Source of the DNA: Patescibacteria group bacterium
GTDB taxonomy: Bacteria; Patescibacteriota; Patescibacteriia; JAXHNJ01
Length of the DNA stretch: 64,000 nt
NCBI GenBank assembly: GCA_034520665.1
Contig: JAXHNJ010000001.1
Location: forward strand, 194,579 to 258,578
Direction: 5' to 3'
Below, piece by piece: positions 48,873-58,421 of the stretch. The position numbers were made by a program, and so were the translations under genes. Under the pieces are notes generated by a model, which saw nothing but the letters and a program-made list of their open reading frames with translations, did not search any database and was not told the origin of the DNA. Positions within the stretch are counted from its first letter, which is position 1; every line of letters starts with the position of its first letter.

Positions 48873-49139
48873 ATTTAATAATATTGTAGAAGTCGGTCGC
48901 AACTGACGGCTATACCTTGTGACTGAAATCTAAATAAGGCTGAAATTTGTCTTGACTAGTCCTTCTTTTCCTTCAATTTTGCGCCAAATTAAAAAGAGTA
49001 AATAGATTCTTCTTTATAGTCTAAGTTAGACGAGGAAACTGGCTTGCCAGCCGAAACTCCGAGCAAAGCGAGAGGGCTTGACATAAATAAAATTAAATAT
49101 AATAATATATAGAGCCGTCTAATAATTATAGCGCCGTCT

Positions 49140-50141
49140 ATGACTAAGAGAAAAAAAATACTGCTTATATTCTGCGGAGGCACTACTTTGTTTGGTAATA
49201 AGGTCTCTGTTCAATCGGTGCGTAAAAAAGCCGATGTTTCCGGCTGGATGAAAAATATTGATGAACTAAAGATGATGGCTGATATTGAACCGTTTTTTGT
49301 TTTTGGCGGTGAAGCAGCTGAGGTAGGAGAAAAACAATGGCAAAAAATTGCCCAGACGGTAATAAAAAATTATAAAAAATACGATGGTTTTGTTATTACC
49401 CACGGCCTTGAAACACTGCCCTATACGGCCGCTGCTTTATCTTTTATGCTGCAGAAACTGGGCAAGCCGGTTATTTTAACTGGCTCACCCATTCCTTCGG
49501 GGCAAGAATCTTCAGCTGAAGTTTTGGAATCTATATTCAAAAATTTTCAGGGCTTGGGTATAAAAGCCAATTTAATTAATGCCTGCCAGGTGGCTATCTC
49601 TGATCTAGCTGGTGTTTTAGTCGTTTTTGGCAGCCGTATCTTATCAGGCACTGCTGTGGAAGGCCTTTCTTCTTATACTAGAAAAGAAGAAAAAGAAAAT
49701 AAAGAAATTATGGGAAAAATTGACTTAGGTTTAACTATTTATAAAGAAGTTAAAAAAAGATCTTCACAAAAACCTTTGCTTAAACCAGAAATTGACCCAA
49801 AAGTTTCAGTATTTGATTTTCATCCCGGTATTGAGTCAGGGCTCTTAAAGGAAAATATTAAAAAAGAGGTCCACGGCCTTATAATTAAAACTCATTCAAC
49901 TAATTTTTTTCCGGATTCTATTTTTAAATATTTAAAAAAAGCCAAGCAAAAAAAGATGCCGGTAGTTATTTATTCTACTAGCGGCTTTAAGCCAGTTAAA
50001 AAATCCGCTTTTATTTTTGTCGATAATATGAATCTGATTACCACCGTGGTTAAGCTGATGTGGGCTCTGGGACAAACGACAAGTATGGGCCAGATAAAAA
50101 AAATTATGGCCAAAAACTATAACGGTGAGATAAATAAGTAA
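49140..50141 (+). CDS. Asparaginase-fold protein with altered active-site motif
   Basis: CGGT, DGFVITHGLETL (canonical HGTDT), PVILTGS. Confidence 0.75.
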   Translation: MTKRKKILLIFCGGTTLFGNKVSVQSVRKKADVSGWMKNIDELKMMADIEPFFVFGGEAAEVGEKQWQKIAQTVIKNYKKYDGFVITHGLETLPYTAAALSFMLQKLGKPVILTGSPIPSGQESSAEVLESIFKNFQGLGIKANLINACQVAISDLAGVLVVFGSRILSGTAVEGLSSYTRKEEKENKEIMGKIDLGLTIYKEVKKRSSQKPLLKPEIDPKVSVFDFHPGIESGLLKENIKKEVHGLIIKTHSTNFFPDSIFKYLKKAKQKKMPVVIYSTSGFKPVKKSAFIFVDNMNLITTVVKLMWALGQTTSMGQIKKIMAKNYNGEINK

Positions 50142-50149
50142 TCAATGAT

Positions 50150-50743
50150 ATGAAAGTATATTTTTTCAGCCCCAAAACCAGTCAAAATAAATTATCCAAG
50201 AACCAGGACATAATTATTAAAACTTTGCGCCGAGCTGGGGTTGATTTATACACAAATCTAAAAGAGAGAAGCCTGCCTTCAGATCTGGCCGCAGTACAAA
50301 AATTGGGCGGCATGGTTTTAGATGAAATGCAAGCCTTAATTATCGGCGGCAGCCAGAAATCTCCGGATATTGGCTATTTATTGGCTATGTCCATATCTCA
50401 GAAAAAACCGGCTCTTTATCTTTATGAAAAAGGCTCAGGTTCGCAGGATGTTTTAAAATACTTATCCAAAAAAAATATTCCTAAAACATTGCAGATAAAA
50501 AATTACCAAAAAAAGAATTTGGAAAAAATAATTGTTGATTTCCTTAATTCCCTGAAAGGCAAGAAAGTCAAAGAAATGCCCCGTATTAAGTTTACTCTGC
50601 GTATTACTCCTTCAATTGAAAAATATCTGCATTACAAAACCCATAACACCAAAAAATCAAAAGCCGACTTTCTCCGCGAATATGTAGAAAAAATGATGGA
50701 GATAGATGACGATTTTCAGGATTTTTTGAGAAAAGGGGAGTAG
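50150..50743 (+). CDS. Hypothetical protein (Rossmann-like N-domain, RHH-like C-terminus); 3' end triplicated downstream
   Basis: GYLLAMSISQKKPAL; KFTLRI...SKADFLRE. Confidence 0.65.
   Translation: MKVYFFSPKTSQNKLSKNQDIIIKTLRRAGVDLYTNLKERSLPSDLAAVQKLGGMVLDEMQALIIGGSQKSPDIGYLLAMSISQKKPALYLYEKGSGSQDVLKYLSKKNIPKTLQIKNYQKKNLEKIIVDFLNSLKGKKVKEMPRIKFTLRITPSIEKYLHYKTHNTKKSKADFLREYVEKMMEIDDDFQDFLRKGE
50693..50741 (+). repeat. Gene 3'-end direct repeat (copies at 57673-57721 and 60301-60336)
   Basis: ATGACGATTTTCAGGATTTTTTGAGAAAAGGGGAGT core present three times (one substitution in the third copy). Confidence 0.92.
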
Positions 50744-50815
50744 GGGAAGAGATTTTTTTATTGGTAAAAAAAATGGTAAACTATAAACAGTATCGGATTA
50801 ATATAATGGTTTAAT

Positions 50816-50879
50816 AAAACTTCGTATAATAAACAAATTTGAGGTGATTATACGAAATCAATTCGTATAATAACGAGTT
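50816..50879 (+). repeat. attI-like platform, copy 2
   Basis: AAAACTTCGTATAATAAACAAATTTGAGGTGATTATACGAAATCAATTCGTATAATAACGAGTT. Confidence 0.85.
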
Positions 50880-50911
50880 GTGCGAAATTGTTCTAATTTT
50901 TTCTCAAATAT

Positions 50912-51595
50912 ATGAATAATGTTTTTTTAGTTTTCGGGTACGGAGTTCCCAAGAACATTCTAAAAGACGAAAATTATAATTTTTATTTAAAAATGGTCTT
51001 TAATAAGACTTATAGTTTTGTGATAAAAAATAAGATTGATAAGCCGATAATCATTACTTGTGGTGGTGAAACAGATATGTTAAGGCCGTACAAACGCACT
51101 GAAGCCGATGAAATGATAAAATTCTTTAGTGTATTTATCAAAGAACGACCATTTTTAAAATCAATGACCAAAAATTGGCTTTTTATTCCAGAAAATAAAT
51201 CTCTTTCGACTTTGGAAAATTTATTAAACAGCAATAAGATAATCCAAAAAAGAAAAGTTAAAAAAGCCAATTTTTTCATCTTCTGCGAACAAACACGCGA
51301 GAATCGTATCAAGGTTCTGGCTAAAAAAATACTTGATAAAAATTATAATTTTCTAGTGGTACCTATAGATTTTGATGTGTCAGTAAACAGATACCTGTCA
51401 ATAGGGTATTTAGCAAAAAAAGAAAGTGCGGAGTTGAAACATTCGTTGTGGGCATTACAAAGTCCCGAAAACCTAAAAAAACATCATAAAGTTTTTGAGG
51501 AGAAATTTGAGTACTTCCGAAAAGTAGGACATAAGGCAAATGTTAACGCGGTGAAAGAGTGGTGGGATCAAAAACTTAAGGAATTAAAAAATTAG
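50912..51595 (+). CDS. Cassette: DUF218/YdcF-like protein
   Basis: LVFGYG, ITCGG, TEA.EM, E..S.STLEN. Confidence 0.65.
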   Translation: MNNVFLVFGYGVPKNILKDENYNFYLKMVFNKTYSFVIKNKIDKPIIITCGGETDMLRPYKRTEADEMIKFFSVFIKERPFLKSMTKNWLFIPENKSLSTLENLLNSNKIIQKRKVKKANFFIFCEQTRENRIKVLAKKILDKNYNFLVVPIDFDVSVNRYLSIGYLAKKESAELKHSLWALQSPENLKKHHKVFEEKFEYFRKVGHKANVNAVKEWWDQKLKELKN

Positions 51596-51604
51596 AACAA
51601 CATC

Positions 51605-51803
51605 GCACAACACCAAATATCTGGCTTGAAAATTTTTCAGTTATTAGAAAAAACAAGGAGTGAAAAATTTCCGCGCCCAAATTTCGCACTTTTCCGTTTA
51701 GTGGTAATTTAGAGTATAATTAATTTAACAATATAATCAGAATATCAAAGTTTTTAGCACATAAACCAAAGCGCGAAACTTCAGATATTCGGATACGTTA
51801 TCT
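51605..51803 (+). repeat. attC-like site A (long, ~200 bp)
   Basis: GCACAAC-A-CCAAATATCTG...CCCAAAT...CAGATATTCGG-ATAC-GTTATCT. Confidence 0.8.
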
Positions 51804-51877
51804 GTAATTAATTTGGAATTTGCTATTCGCTTCACAAAAGGGCAAAATTATTAAATCTGTTAAAATCCTTTATTATT

Positions 51878-52519
51878 ATGGACAAAGAATTAAAAAATCA
51901 GTTAATCAAAATCGCCAAAGAAAAAATTCCGGATATAGATGTTTCTCATGATTTTGAACATGCTTTGAGAGTTTTATCTAATGCTGAAAGAATAGCTAAA
52001 GAAGAAAGCGGCGATTTTGATATTATTGTTCCCGCCGCCTTATTTCATGATTTGATTGTTTATCCAAAAAATCATCCAGATAAACATAAGTCGCAAGAAG
52101 AAAGTGCTGAGGCGGCGGAAAAAATATTGAATACTTTTGGCAATTTTCCCAAAGACAAAATAGAAAAAGTAAAAATCTGCATCTTGGAATGTTCTTTCAG
52201 TAAAGGCATTGTTCCTGATTTGTTAGAATCAAAAATTTTGCAAGATGCCGATGGTTTAGAAGCAACCGGCGCAATCTCAATAATGAGAACTTATTCATCA
52301 ACAGGGCAAATGAAAAGACCTTTTTATAATTCTGATGATCCGTTTTGTGAAAATCGTGAACCTAACGCTTCAGAATTTGCCCTTGATTTATTTTATGAGA
52401 GATTGCTCAAAGTTGCTGAAAAAATGCACACAAAAACAGCAAAGAAAATTGCCAAAAGAAGAACTGATTTTTTAATGGATTTTCTAAAAGAATTTAAGTT
52501 AGAATTAGAGGGAAAATAA
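51878..52519 (+). CDS. Cassette: HD domain phosphohydrolase (YedJ-like)
   Basis: SHDFEHALRV, ALFHD, LQDAD.LEA.GA. Confidence 0.88.
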   Translation: MDKELKNQLIKIAKEKIPDIDVSHDFEHALRVLSNAERIAKEESGDFDIIVPAALFHDLIVYPKNHPDKHKSQEESAEAAEKILNTFGNFPKDKIEKVKICILECSFSKGIVPDLLESKILQDADGLEATGAISIMRTYSSTGQMKRPFYNSDDPFCENREPNASEFALDLFYERLLKVAEKMHTKTAKKIAKRRTDFLMDFLKEFKLELEGK

Positions 52520-52623
52520 TTTTTGCCCAACTGGATATTACGCAAATTCCAAATTAACTCTGCGGTGCTCACTTCGTTCCGCTCCTCGCCGCGCTGCGCT
52601 CTCCTCCTTTCAGTCGTCGGGAC

Positions 52624-52742
52624 AGATAACAAGGGATATACGGTTCCCTCCAGAGGCGGGCAGGCAGCCCTCGGCTCGGGCTTCATCCAAATTTTTCTTC
52701 CACTTCGTTACAGAAAAACTTCGTATATCCCTGACGTTATAC
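52624..52742 (+). repeat. attC-like site B
   Basis: AGATAAC-A-AGGGATATACG...CGTATATCCCT-GAC-GTTATAC. Confidence 0.9.
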
Positions 52743-52803
52743 GCCATTGGGCTACGACTGTAAAAAACGCAATCTATTTAATATCTAAACAAATTATATA
52801 ATT

Positions 52804-53397
52804 ATGACTTTTTTAAACACACAAAAAATCTCGGAAGAATATAAAAAATCAAATTGTTTGTGGGGTTTGGAACCAAACAAGTACGTGACTCAAATCCATA
52901 AAATCATAAAATCTGGAAAAGTTTTAGATGTTGGTGTTGGTGAGGGCAGAAATGCGTTATTTCTCGCCAAACAGGGATTTGAGATAAGTGGAATTGATGT
53001 TTCGAAAGAAGCCATATGTAAATTTCTAAAATTTGCCAAAACCGAAAATTTGAATGTAAGTGGCATAGTGTCTGATATTGTTAATTTCGATTTCAAACAA
53101 AATTATGAGGTTATTATTTCTATTGCCACTTTGCATCTTATTTCAAAGAACAAGGTTGTAGATATAATCAAAAAAATAAAAGAACATACAAAACCTAATG
53201 GAATAAATCTGCTCACTGTATTTACTAAAAAAGATATTGGATTTAAAGAATATCCAAATCTTTATTTTTTTGATGAGGATGAATTGAAAGAATTATATAA
53301 AGATTGGCAAATTTTAGAATATAAAAATTATGTAAAGGAGGAAACCCATAGCAAACCCCACAAACATCATATTTGTGTTTTGATTGCTAAAAAGTAG
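52804..53397 (+). CDS. Cassette: TehB-like SAM-dependent methyltransferase
   Basis: VLDVGVGEGRNALFLAKQG; EL..LY.DW. Confidence 0.85.
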   Translation: MTFLNTQKISEEYKKSNCLWGLEPNKYVTQIHKIIKSGKVLDVGVGEGRNALFLAKQGFEISGIDVSKEAICKFLKFAKTENLNVSGIVSDIVNFDFKQNYEVIISIATLHLISKNKVVDIIKKIKEHTKPNGINLLTVFTKKDIGFKEYPNLYFFDEDELKELYKDWQILEYKNYVKEETHSKPHKHHICVLIAKK

Positions 53398-53461
53398 CCG
53401 CCCTCCGCCCAACGCTAAAAGGGACGCTGCGCTTTCGCTTCACTGTGTTACGCTCACCCTC

Positions 53462-53560
53462 GCACAACACAGCGTATGCGGTTCGGGGCTCGGCTCGCCC
53501 CTCTCCCATATTTTTGCTTCCGTTGGTCGCAAAAACATCACATATACTGAAACGTTAGGC
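53462..53560 (+). repeat. attC-like site C
   Basis: GCACAAC-A-CAGCGTATG...CATATACTG-AAAC-GTTAGGC. Confidence 0.85.
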
Positions 53561-53606
53561 GTAATAATAAAAAGTTTCTCAATAACATTATTAACACTCT
53601 AAAACT

Positions 53607-53894
53607 ATGGAAAAAAAAGTAAAAATTAAAAAAATGAGGTATCTGTGGTGTCCTAATTGTAATCACTATATGAGACTTAAAATGAAAGAAAGAAACATCT
53701 TCGCATTACTTTTTGGAGGTTTACTTGGTAGTATATGGTCAGTCACGCATGTGCCAGAATCAGAGAAAATTTGTGGTAAATGTGGAAATAAAGAAAATCT
53801 AAAATTTGTGTATTTACGTACAGAAGTCGGTTTTAAAAGTGAGGAATTTGCCTATTATCTACCATCAGGCGAAAAAATAGTTTTTAATAAATAG
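53607..53894 (+). CDS. Cassette: small zinc-ribbon protein with hydrophobic hairpin
   Basis: CPNC...hydrophobic segment...CGKC. Confidence 0.65.
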   Translation: MEKKVKIKKMRYLWCPNCNHYMRLKMKERNIFALLFGGLLGSIWSVTHVPESEKICGKCGNKENLKFVYLRTEVGFKSEEFAYYLPSGEKIVFNK

Positions 53895-53915
53895 TTGGGG
53901 AATTTTTATTACATC

Positions 53916-54013
53916 GCCTAACTCGGCATATCTGGTTACCCTAGCCGTTCGCGAACAGCTGGATCCACCCATATCTCCCTTCGGGAGACATCAAATATAC
54001 GCAAACCTTATAG
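53916..54013 (+). repeat. attC-like site D (R' degenerate CTT)
   Basis: GCCTAAC-T-CGGCATATCTG...CAAATATACGC-AAAC-CTTATAG. Confidence 0.75.
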
Positions 54014-54085
54014 GAAATAGAATTTTTACTAAAAAAATTGGGAACTAACTACAAGATTTATTAAAATTACCTTTTTTATAATTTT

Positions 54086-55072
54086 ATGATCAACATTAAT
54101 GATAGAGTATATGGTAGAAATATAATTCAAGAGTCAGTTTTAATTGAACTTATTAATACCAGCCCCATTCAAAGATTAAAGGGGATAAATCAAGCAGGTG
54201 CTTCCCAATATGCAATAGAAGGCAAAACGGTAACGAGATATGAACATTCTTTGGGTGTAATGATATTATTAAAAAAATTAGGTGCATCGATTGAAGAACA
54301 AATCGCAGGATTACTTCACGATATTTCTCATACTGCTTTTTCGCATGTAATTGATTTTGTATTTAGAGATACCAATTATAATCATGAGTTTCATGAAAAA
54401 TTTCATGAACAAATAATACTTCAATCAGAAATACCCACTATTTTAAAAAAATTTAATTTCGACATAGATAGAATTTTAGATGAACATAATTTCTCCTTAT
54501 TAGAAAAATTCTTACCTGATCTCTGTGCAGATAGGATAGATTATACATTAAGAGGTATGGTGGCGAGTGAAGGTTTTAGTGATAAAATAAATAATTATAT
54601 TTCATGTTTCATGGTTCAAAACAATGAAATTATTATTCATGGAGAGCTAATCGCAAAAAGTTTTTCAGAGGATTATCTTAGAATGGATGAAGAAAAATGT
54701 TCTCATCCTCTTGAAGTTGCATTATTTCAAATTTTAGCTGATGCAATAAAAATTGCTTTGGATAAAAAAATACTTAATGAAAAAGGCTTATTTGAAGATG
54801 ATTTATCTGTGTATACAAAACTAAAAGAATCAGGCAACCAATTGATTTTAAATAAATTAGAAATGCTCAATCCCAAATTAAAGATTATTGATGACCCTAA
54901 TGACTTTCATTTTCATTCTAGAAATAAATTAAGATATATTAATCCTAAATTTCTTGATTCAAACGGCTCAATTCATCGTGTGGCAGAGAGGTTTAAAGAT
55001 TTTTCAGATAAACTTGTAAAACACGAAGAAAAGATTAAAAAAGGTATTTTTGTTAGGATTATTTCTTATTAA
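54086..55072 (+). CDS. Cassette: HD domain phosphohydrolase (dNTPase-like)
   Basis: QRLKGINQ, TRYEHSLGV, LLHDISHTAFSH, ADRIDY. Confidence 0.88.
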   Translation: MININDRVYGRNIIQESVLIELINTSPIQRLKGINQAGASQYAIEGKTVTRYEHSLGVMILLKKLGASIEEQIAGLLHDISHTAFSHVIDFVFRDTNYNHEFHEKFHEQIILQSEIPTILKKFNFDIDRILDEHNFSLLEKFLPDLCADRIDYTLRGMVASEGFSDKINNYISCFMVQNNEIIIHGELIAKSFSEDYLRMDEEKCSHPLEVALFQILADAIKIALDKKILNEKGLFEDDLSVYTKLKESGNQLILNKLEMLNPKLKIIDDPNDFHFHSRNKLRYINPKFLDSNGSIHRVAERFKDFSDKLVKHEEKIKKGIFVRIISY

Positions 55073-55175
55073 CGCTCCCAACCTTTAAAATTGACTCACT
55101 TTATTAGATATAAATAAACGTAAAAATTCTACTCAAGGGGACGCTGCGTTTTCGTTGCTAACGCTCCTCACTCTC

Positions 55176-55250
55176 GTATAACAAGGGATATGCGGTTCCC
55201 TCCAGAGGTGGGCAGGCAGCCCTCGTCTCGGGCTTCACCCAAATTTTTCT
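55176..55250 (+). repeat. Truncated attC-like site E (left half, closely related to site B)
   Basis: TAACAAGGGATATGCGGTTCCCTCCAGAGGTGGGCAGGCAGCCCTCG...CCCAAATTTTTCT, then unrelated sequence. Confidence 0.78.
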
Positions 55251-55313
55251 GATATAATTCAAATGCCAACGAAACCATAACTTTATATTTAACCAAATTT
55301 TTAACTTATTAAT

Positions 55314-57587
55314 ATGTGCGGAATAGGAGCAATTTATGGAAAGAACATAAAAGAAAAAGAGTTTTCCATAAAGCGAAGTCTACAATTAATAGAACATCGA
55401 GGATATAGTTTATATGAAACTAAGATTTTAGATAATTGTGTTCTCGGCTGTAACAGATTAGAAATTGTGGATAGACCAAAAGCCATACAACCTCAGACAA
55501 ATGAAGATGAATCTGTTTTTGTTGTATTCAATGGAGAGATTTTCAATTATAAAGAATTAATGAAAGAACTTTCTGATAAAGGGCACAAATTCAAAACAAA
55601 TTCAGACACAGAAGTTTTAGTTCATCTTTGGGAAGAATATGGCGAGGAAATGGTTAAAAAATTAGATTCTGAAATGTTTGCCTTTTTTATTTATGATAAA
55701 AACAAAAATTCTTTTTTTGTAGCAAGAGACCCTTACGGAATAAAACCCTTGTATTATGCTCTTGATAATTTAGGAAATTATCATTTTGCCTCTGAAATTA
55801 AGCAACTATCTCAATTTAAAGAAATTGATGAGATTTCTTTTTTTCCACAAGGAAATTTTATGTTAAACGGCAAATTAAAACAATATCATAAAATTCCAAA
55901 GGTAACTGAAAAACTGAAAGCTCCTTTACAAGAAATAATTGAAAATGTAAGAATCTTATTTGATGAAGCAGTCAAAAAAAGAGTTGATACAGATTTGCCT
56001 GTTGGAGTCTTTTTTAGCGGAGGAATAGATAGTTCAGCTGTATTAGCGACAGCAGTAAAATATCATAAAGATGTTACTGCAATAATTGTTGGTCATCCTC
56101 ACGCCCCAGATGTTTTAATTGCAAAAAAATACTGCGAAGAAAACAAGATAAAATATATTTATTTTAATCCTCCAACGGAAAAAGAACTTTTTAAAATCAT
56201 TCCCGAAATTGTTTACATAACTGAAAGTTTTGAGCCTAATATGATTAGGCAGTCGGCAGTTTCTTACTATATTTCTAAAATCGCAAAAGAAAATGCATTC
56301 AAGGTTATTTTATGCGGAGAAGGTCCAGATGAAATTTTTGCCGGTTATCCTGAATTTAGAAACTGCAAAACTGAAAAAGAAATCTCAAATAAAATAAACG
56401 ACTTTATTCTAAATCTTCCAAGAACACAATTTCAGAGAGTAGATAGAACCTCAATGAATTTTACTCTTGAAGTTAGAGTCCCATTTTTTGATACAAAATT
56501 TGCAGATTATTCAATTAAAATTCCGAGTAAATACAAAATAAAATCTAAGAGAAAAGAAAAAATTACAAAATGGATTTTAAGGGAAGCAATGAAAGACAGA
56601 TTACCTGATTACATTGTAAATAGACCCAAAGTCGTTTTAAGCGAGGGAGCTGGATTTAAAGGAAATCAGTTAATCGGAGGGTTATTCTACGATATTGTTA
56701 AAAATAATATTACTGAAGAAGAATTTAAGAGGATAAAAAAAGATTATACCGATTGGAACATCACTAATAAAGAAGTTGCTCATTATTTCAAAATTTATGC
56801 AAAACATTTATTCACGAAGGCAATATTCAATAAAAAAAGACCCTTAGTAAACGCAATAGATTCTATAAAAAATGAAAAATCAGAATTTTTAACTGAAAAA
56901 ATTCTGGACACAATTCATTCAAAGGGATTTTTCAAAGATTCCCCTTACAAAGAAGATGAACTAAAAAAAGTTATTCTTGACTCTGTAAGAAACAGCAAAG
57001 AAATTAAGATAGTTGGGTATTGGGGAATTGAAAAAGAAAAACTAGATAAATCCGAAGAAACAGCTTTCAATTTTCTAAAGGATTTAGAAAAAAAAATTAA
57101 GAAATCTTACAAAAAAGTAAAAATAACCTTAATTTTGACTGATATCCATGGAGAATTAAATTCAATTGACAGCAAAATAATAAACAGCTATTTTTCAAAG
57201 GTTATTTCTCTATCCAAAAAATACAAATTTCAAACTATATTTCTAAGTGACCTCTGGAAAAGAAACAATTTGGATTTAACAAAAGTAAAAAGTGAATTAG
57301 AAAAAAAGCCAAAAATCTGGTGGCAAAAATTTTCAACAAAAAATCAATTATTAGAGTCTTCTAAAAAACACCATAAAGGAAAAGATATTGAAATCGGGGC
57401 AAAAATGTATGCTCTTGCTTCAAAGTATGATTCTGAGTTTGTAGAAAAAGAATTTAATGATTCTATATTTTTCACTTATAATTCTAAATCTTGGCAAAAT
57501 ACCTTGCCTGACATGCCTACAATTTATTTATATGGATTAGGAAAAAATAAGAGTATAAAACCTTGGCATTTGAAATATTCTTTTTAG
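55314..57587 (+). CDS. asnB: Asparagine synthase (glutamine-hydrolysing) with ~240-aa C-terminal extension
   Basis: MCGI, HRG, FNGEIFNY, RDPYGIKPL, SGGIDSS, GEG.DEIFAGY, RVPF. Confidence 0.88.
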   Translation: MCGIGAIYGKNIKEKEFSIKRSLQLIEHRGYSLYETKILDNCVLGCNRLEIVDRPKAIQPQTNEDESVFVVFNGEIFNYKELMKELSDKGHKFKTNSDTEVLVHLWEEYGEEMVKKLDSEMFAFFIYDKNKNSFFVARDPYGIKPLYYALDNLGNYHFASEIKQLSQFKEIDEISFFPQGNFMLNGKLKQYHKIPKVTEKLKAPLQEIIENVRILFDEAVKKRVDTDLPVGVFFSGGIDSSAVLATAVKYHKDVTAIIVGHPHAPDVLIAKKYCEENKIKYIYFNPPTEKELFKIIPEIVYITESFEPNMIRQSAVSYYISKIAKENAFKVILCGEGPDEIFAGYPEFRNCKTEKEISNKINDFILNLPRTQFQRVDRTSMNFTLEVRVPFFDTKFADYSIKIPSKYKIKSKRKEKITKWILREAMKDRLPDYIVNRPKVVLSEGAGFKGNQLIGGLFYDIVKNNITEEEFKRIKKDYTDWNITNKEVAHYFKIYAKHLFTKAIFNKKRPLVNAIDSIKNEKSEFLTEKILDTIHSKGFFKDSPYKEDELKKVILDSVRNSKEIKIVGYWGIEKEKLDKSEETAFNFLKDLEKKIKKSYKKVKITLILTDIHGELNSIDSKIINSYFSKVISLSKKYKFQTIFLSDLWKRNNLDLTKVKSELEKKPKIWWQKFSTKNQLLESSKKHHKGKDIEIGAKMYALASKYDSEFVEKEFNDSIFFTYNSKSWQNTLPDMPTIYLYGLGKNKSIKPWHLKYSF

Positions 57588-57785
57588 AAAAAAACAAAAA
57601 AAGTGCACGTCTTTCTAATATCTAGCTCTCCATATAAAAAAATAGCTAACAAGATATTAAAAGAATTAAAAGATGATGGAAATGGATGACGATTTTCAGG
57701 ATTTTTTGAGAAAAGGGGAGTGAGGTAATTTATTTTTTTATATCTTGACAGGTTATTTCAGTTATGATACAATTATGTCATATAT

Positions 57786-58421
57786 ATGAAATACAAGTCA
57801 AAAACTAATTTGCTTGAAGAGTTAAAATCTTTACCTTATTTTACTAAAGAACGTATTTATCAATTAGGTAAAAACGATAAGATTTATAATTTAAAAAATA
57901 GCACTTTAGATACCTATATAAGCCGATATTTAAAAAATAGAGAAATTATTGCCTTAAAAAGAGGTATGTATATATCTAATAATTTTTACCATAAAAATAG
58001 TGATGATCTTTCTTATATATACTTTTTAGCAAATATTATCAGAAAACCTTCATACATTAGTTCGTGGACGGCTCTAGAGTATTATGGTTTATCTACAGAA
58101 GTAATAAATAGTACTATTTCAGTAACAACAAAGGTAACTAGAAATTATGAAACTAAAATTGGAAATTTTACCTATAAATCTATAAAAAATGATTTATTTA
58201 CCAATTTTTCCTTAATAAATAAAAAATTTAATTTTTATATTGCCCCACCCTCAAAAGCACTTTTTGACATGCTATATTTTAAAACACGTCAATATAAAGA
58301 CGTAAAATATCATGATATAGATCTATTGATTAAAGAGTTACGTGTTGATATTAAGTCAATGGATAAAAAAGAGGTAAAAAAATTTAATTTAATGATAAAA
58401 GATTACTATGATTATGGATAA
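57786..58421 (+). CDS. AbiEi-like antitoxin (type IV TA)
   Basis: LKRGMY, PSYISSWTALEYYGL, KALFD; upstream of an AbiEii-like gene. Confidence 0.8.
   Translation: MKYKSKTNLLEELKSLPYFTKERIYQLGKNDKIYNLKNSTLDTYISRYLKNREIIALKRGMYISNNFYHKNSDDLSYIYFLANIIRKPSYISSWTALEYYGLSTEVINSTISVTTKVTRNYETKIGNFTYKSIKNDLFTNFSLINKKFNFYIAPPSKALFDMLYFKTRQYKDVKYHDIDLLIKELRVDIKSMDKKEVKKFNLMIKDYYDYG

Larger units (their letters stand above)
50877..55250 (+). mobile_element. Integron-like cassette array 2 (5 cassettes)
   Basis: Five co-oriented ORFs, each followed by an attC-like site. Confidence 0.85.

Noticed and set aside
50816-50861. loxP or vector contamination
   Set aside because: Spacer is 20 bp rather than 8, the right arm matches only 10/13, and there are three naturally diverged copies in genomic context.
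52393-53602. ORFs 52393-52686, 52523-52801, 53384-53602 and similar (33369, 34028, 34787, 39798, 44560, 46367)
   Set aside because: They run through attC-like or REP-like repeats and look like chance reading frames.
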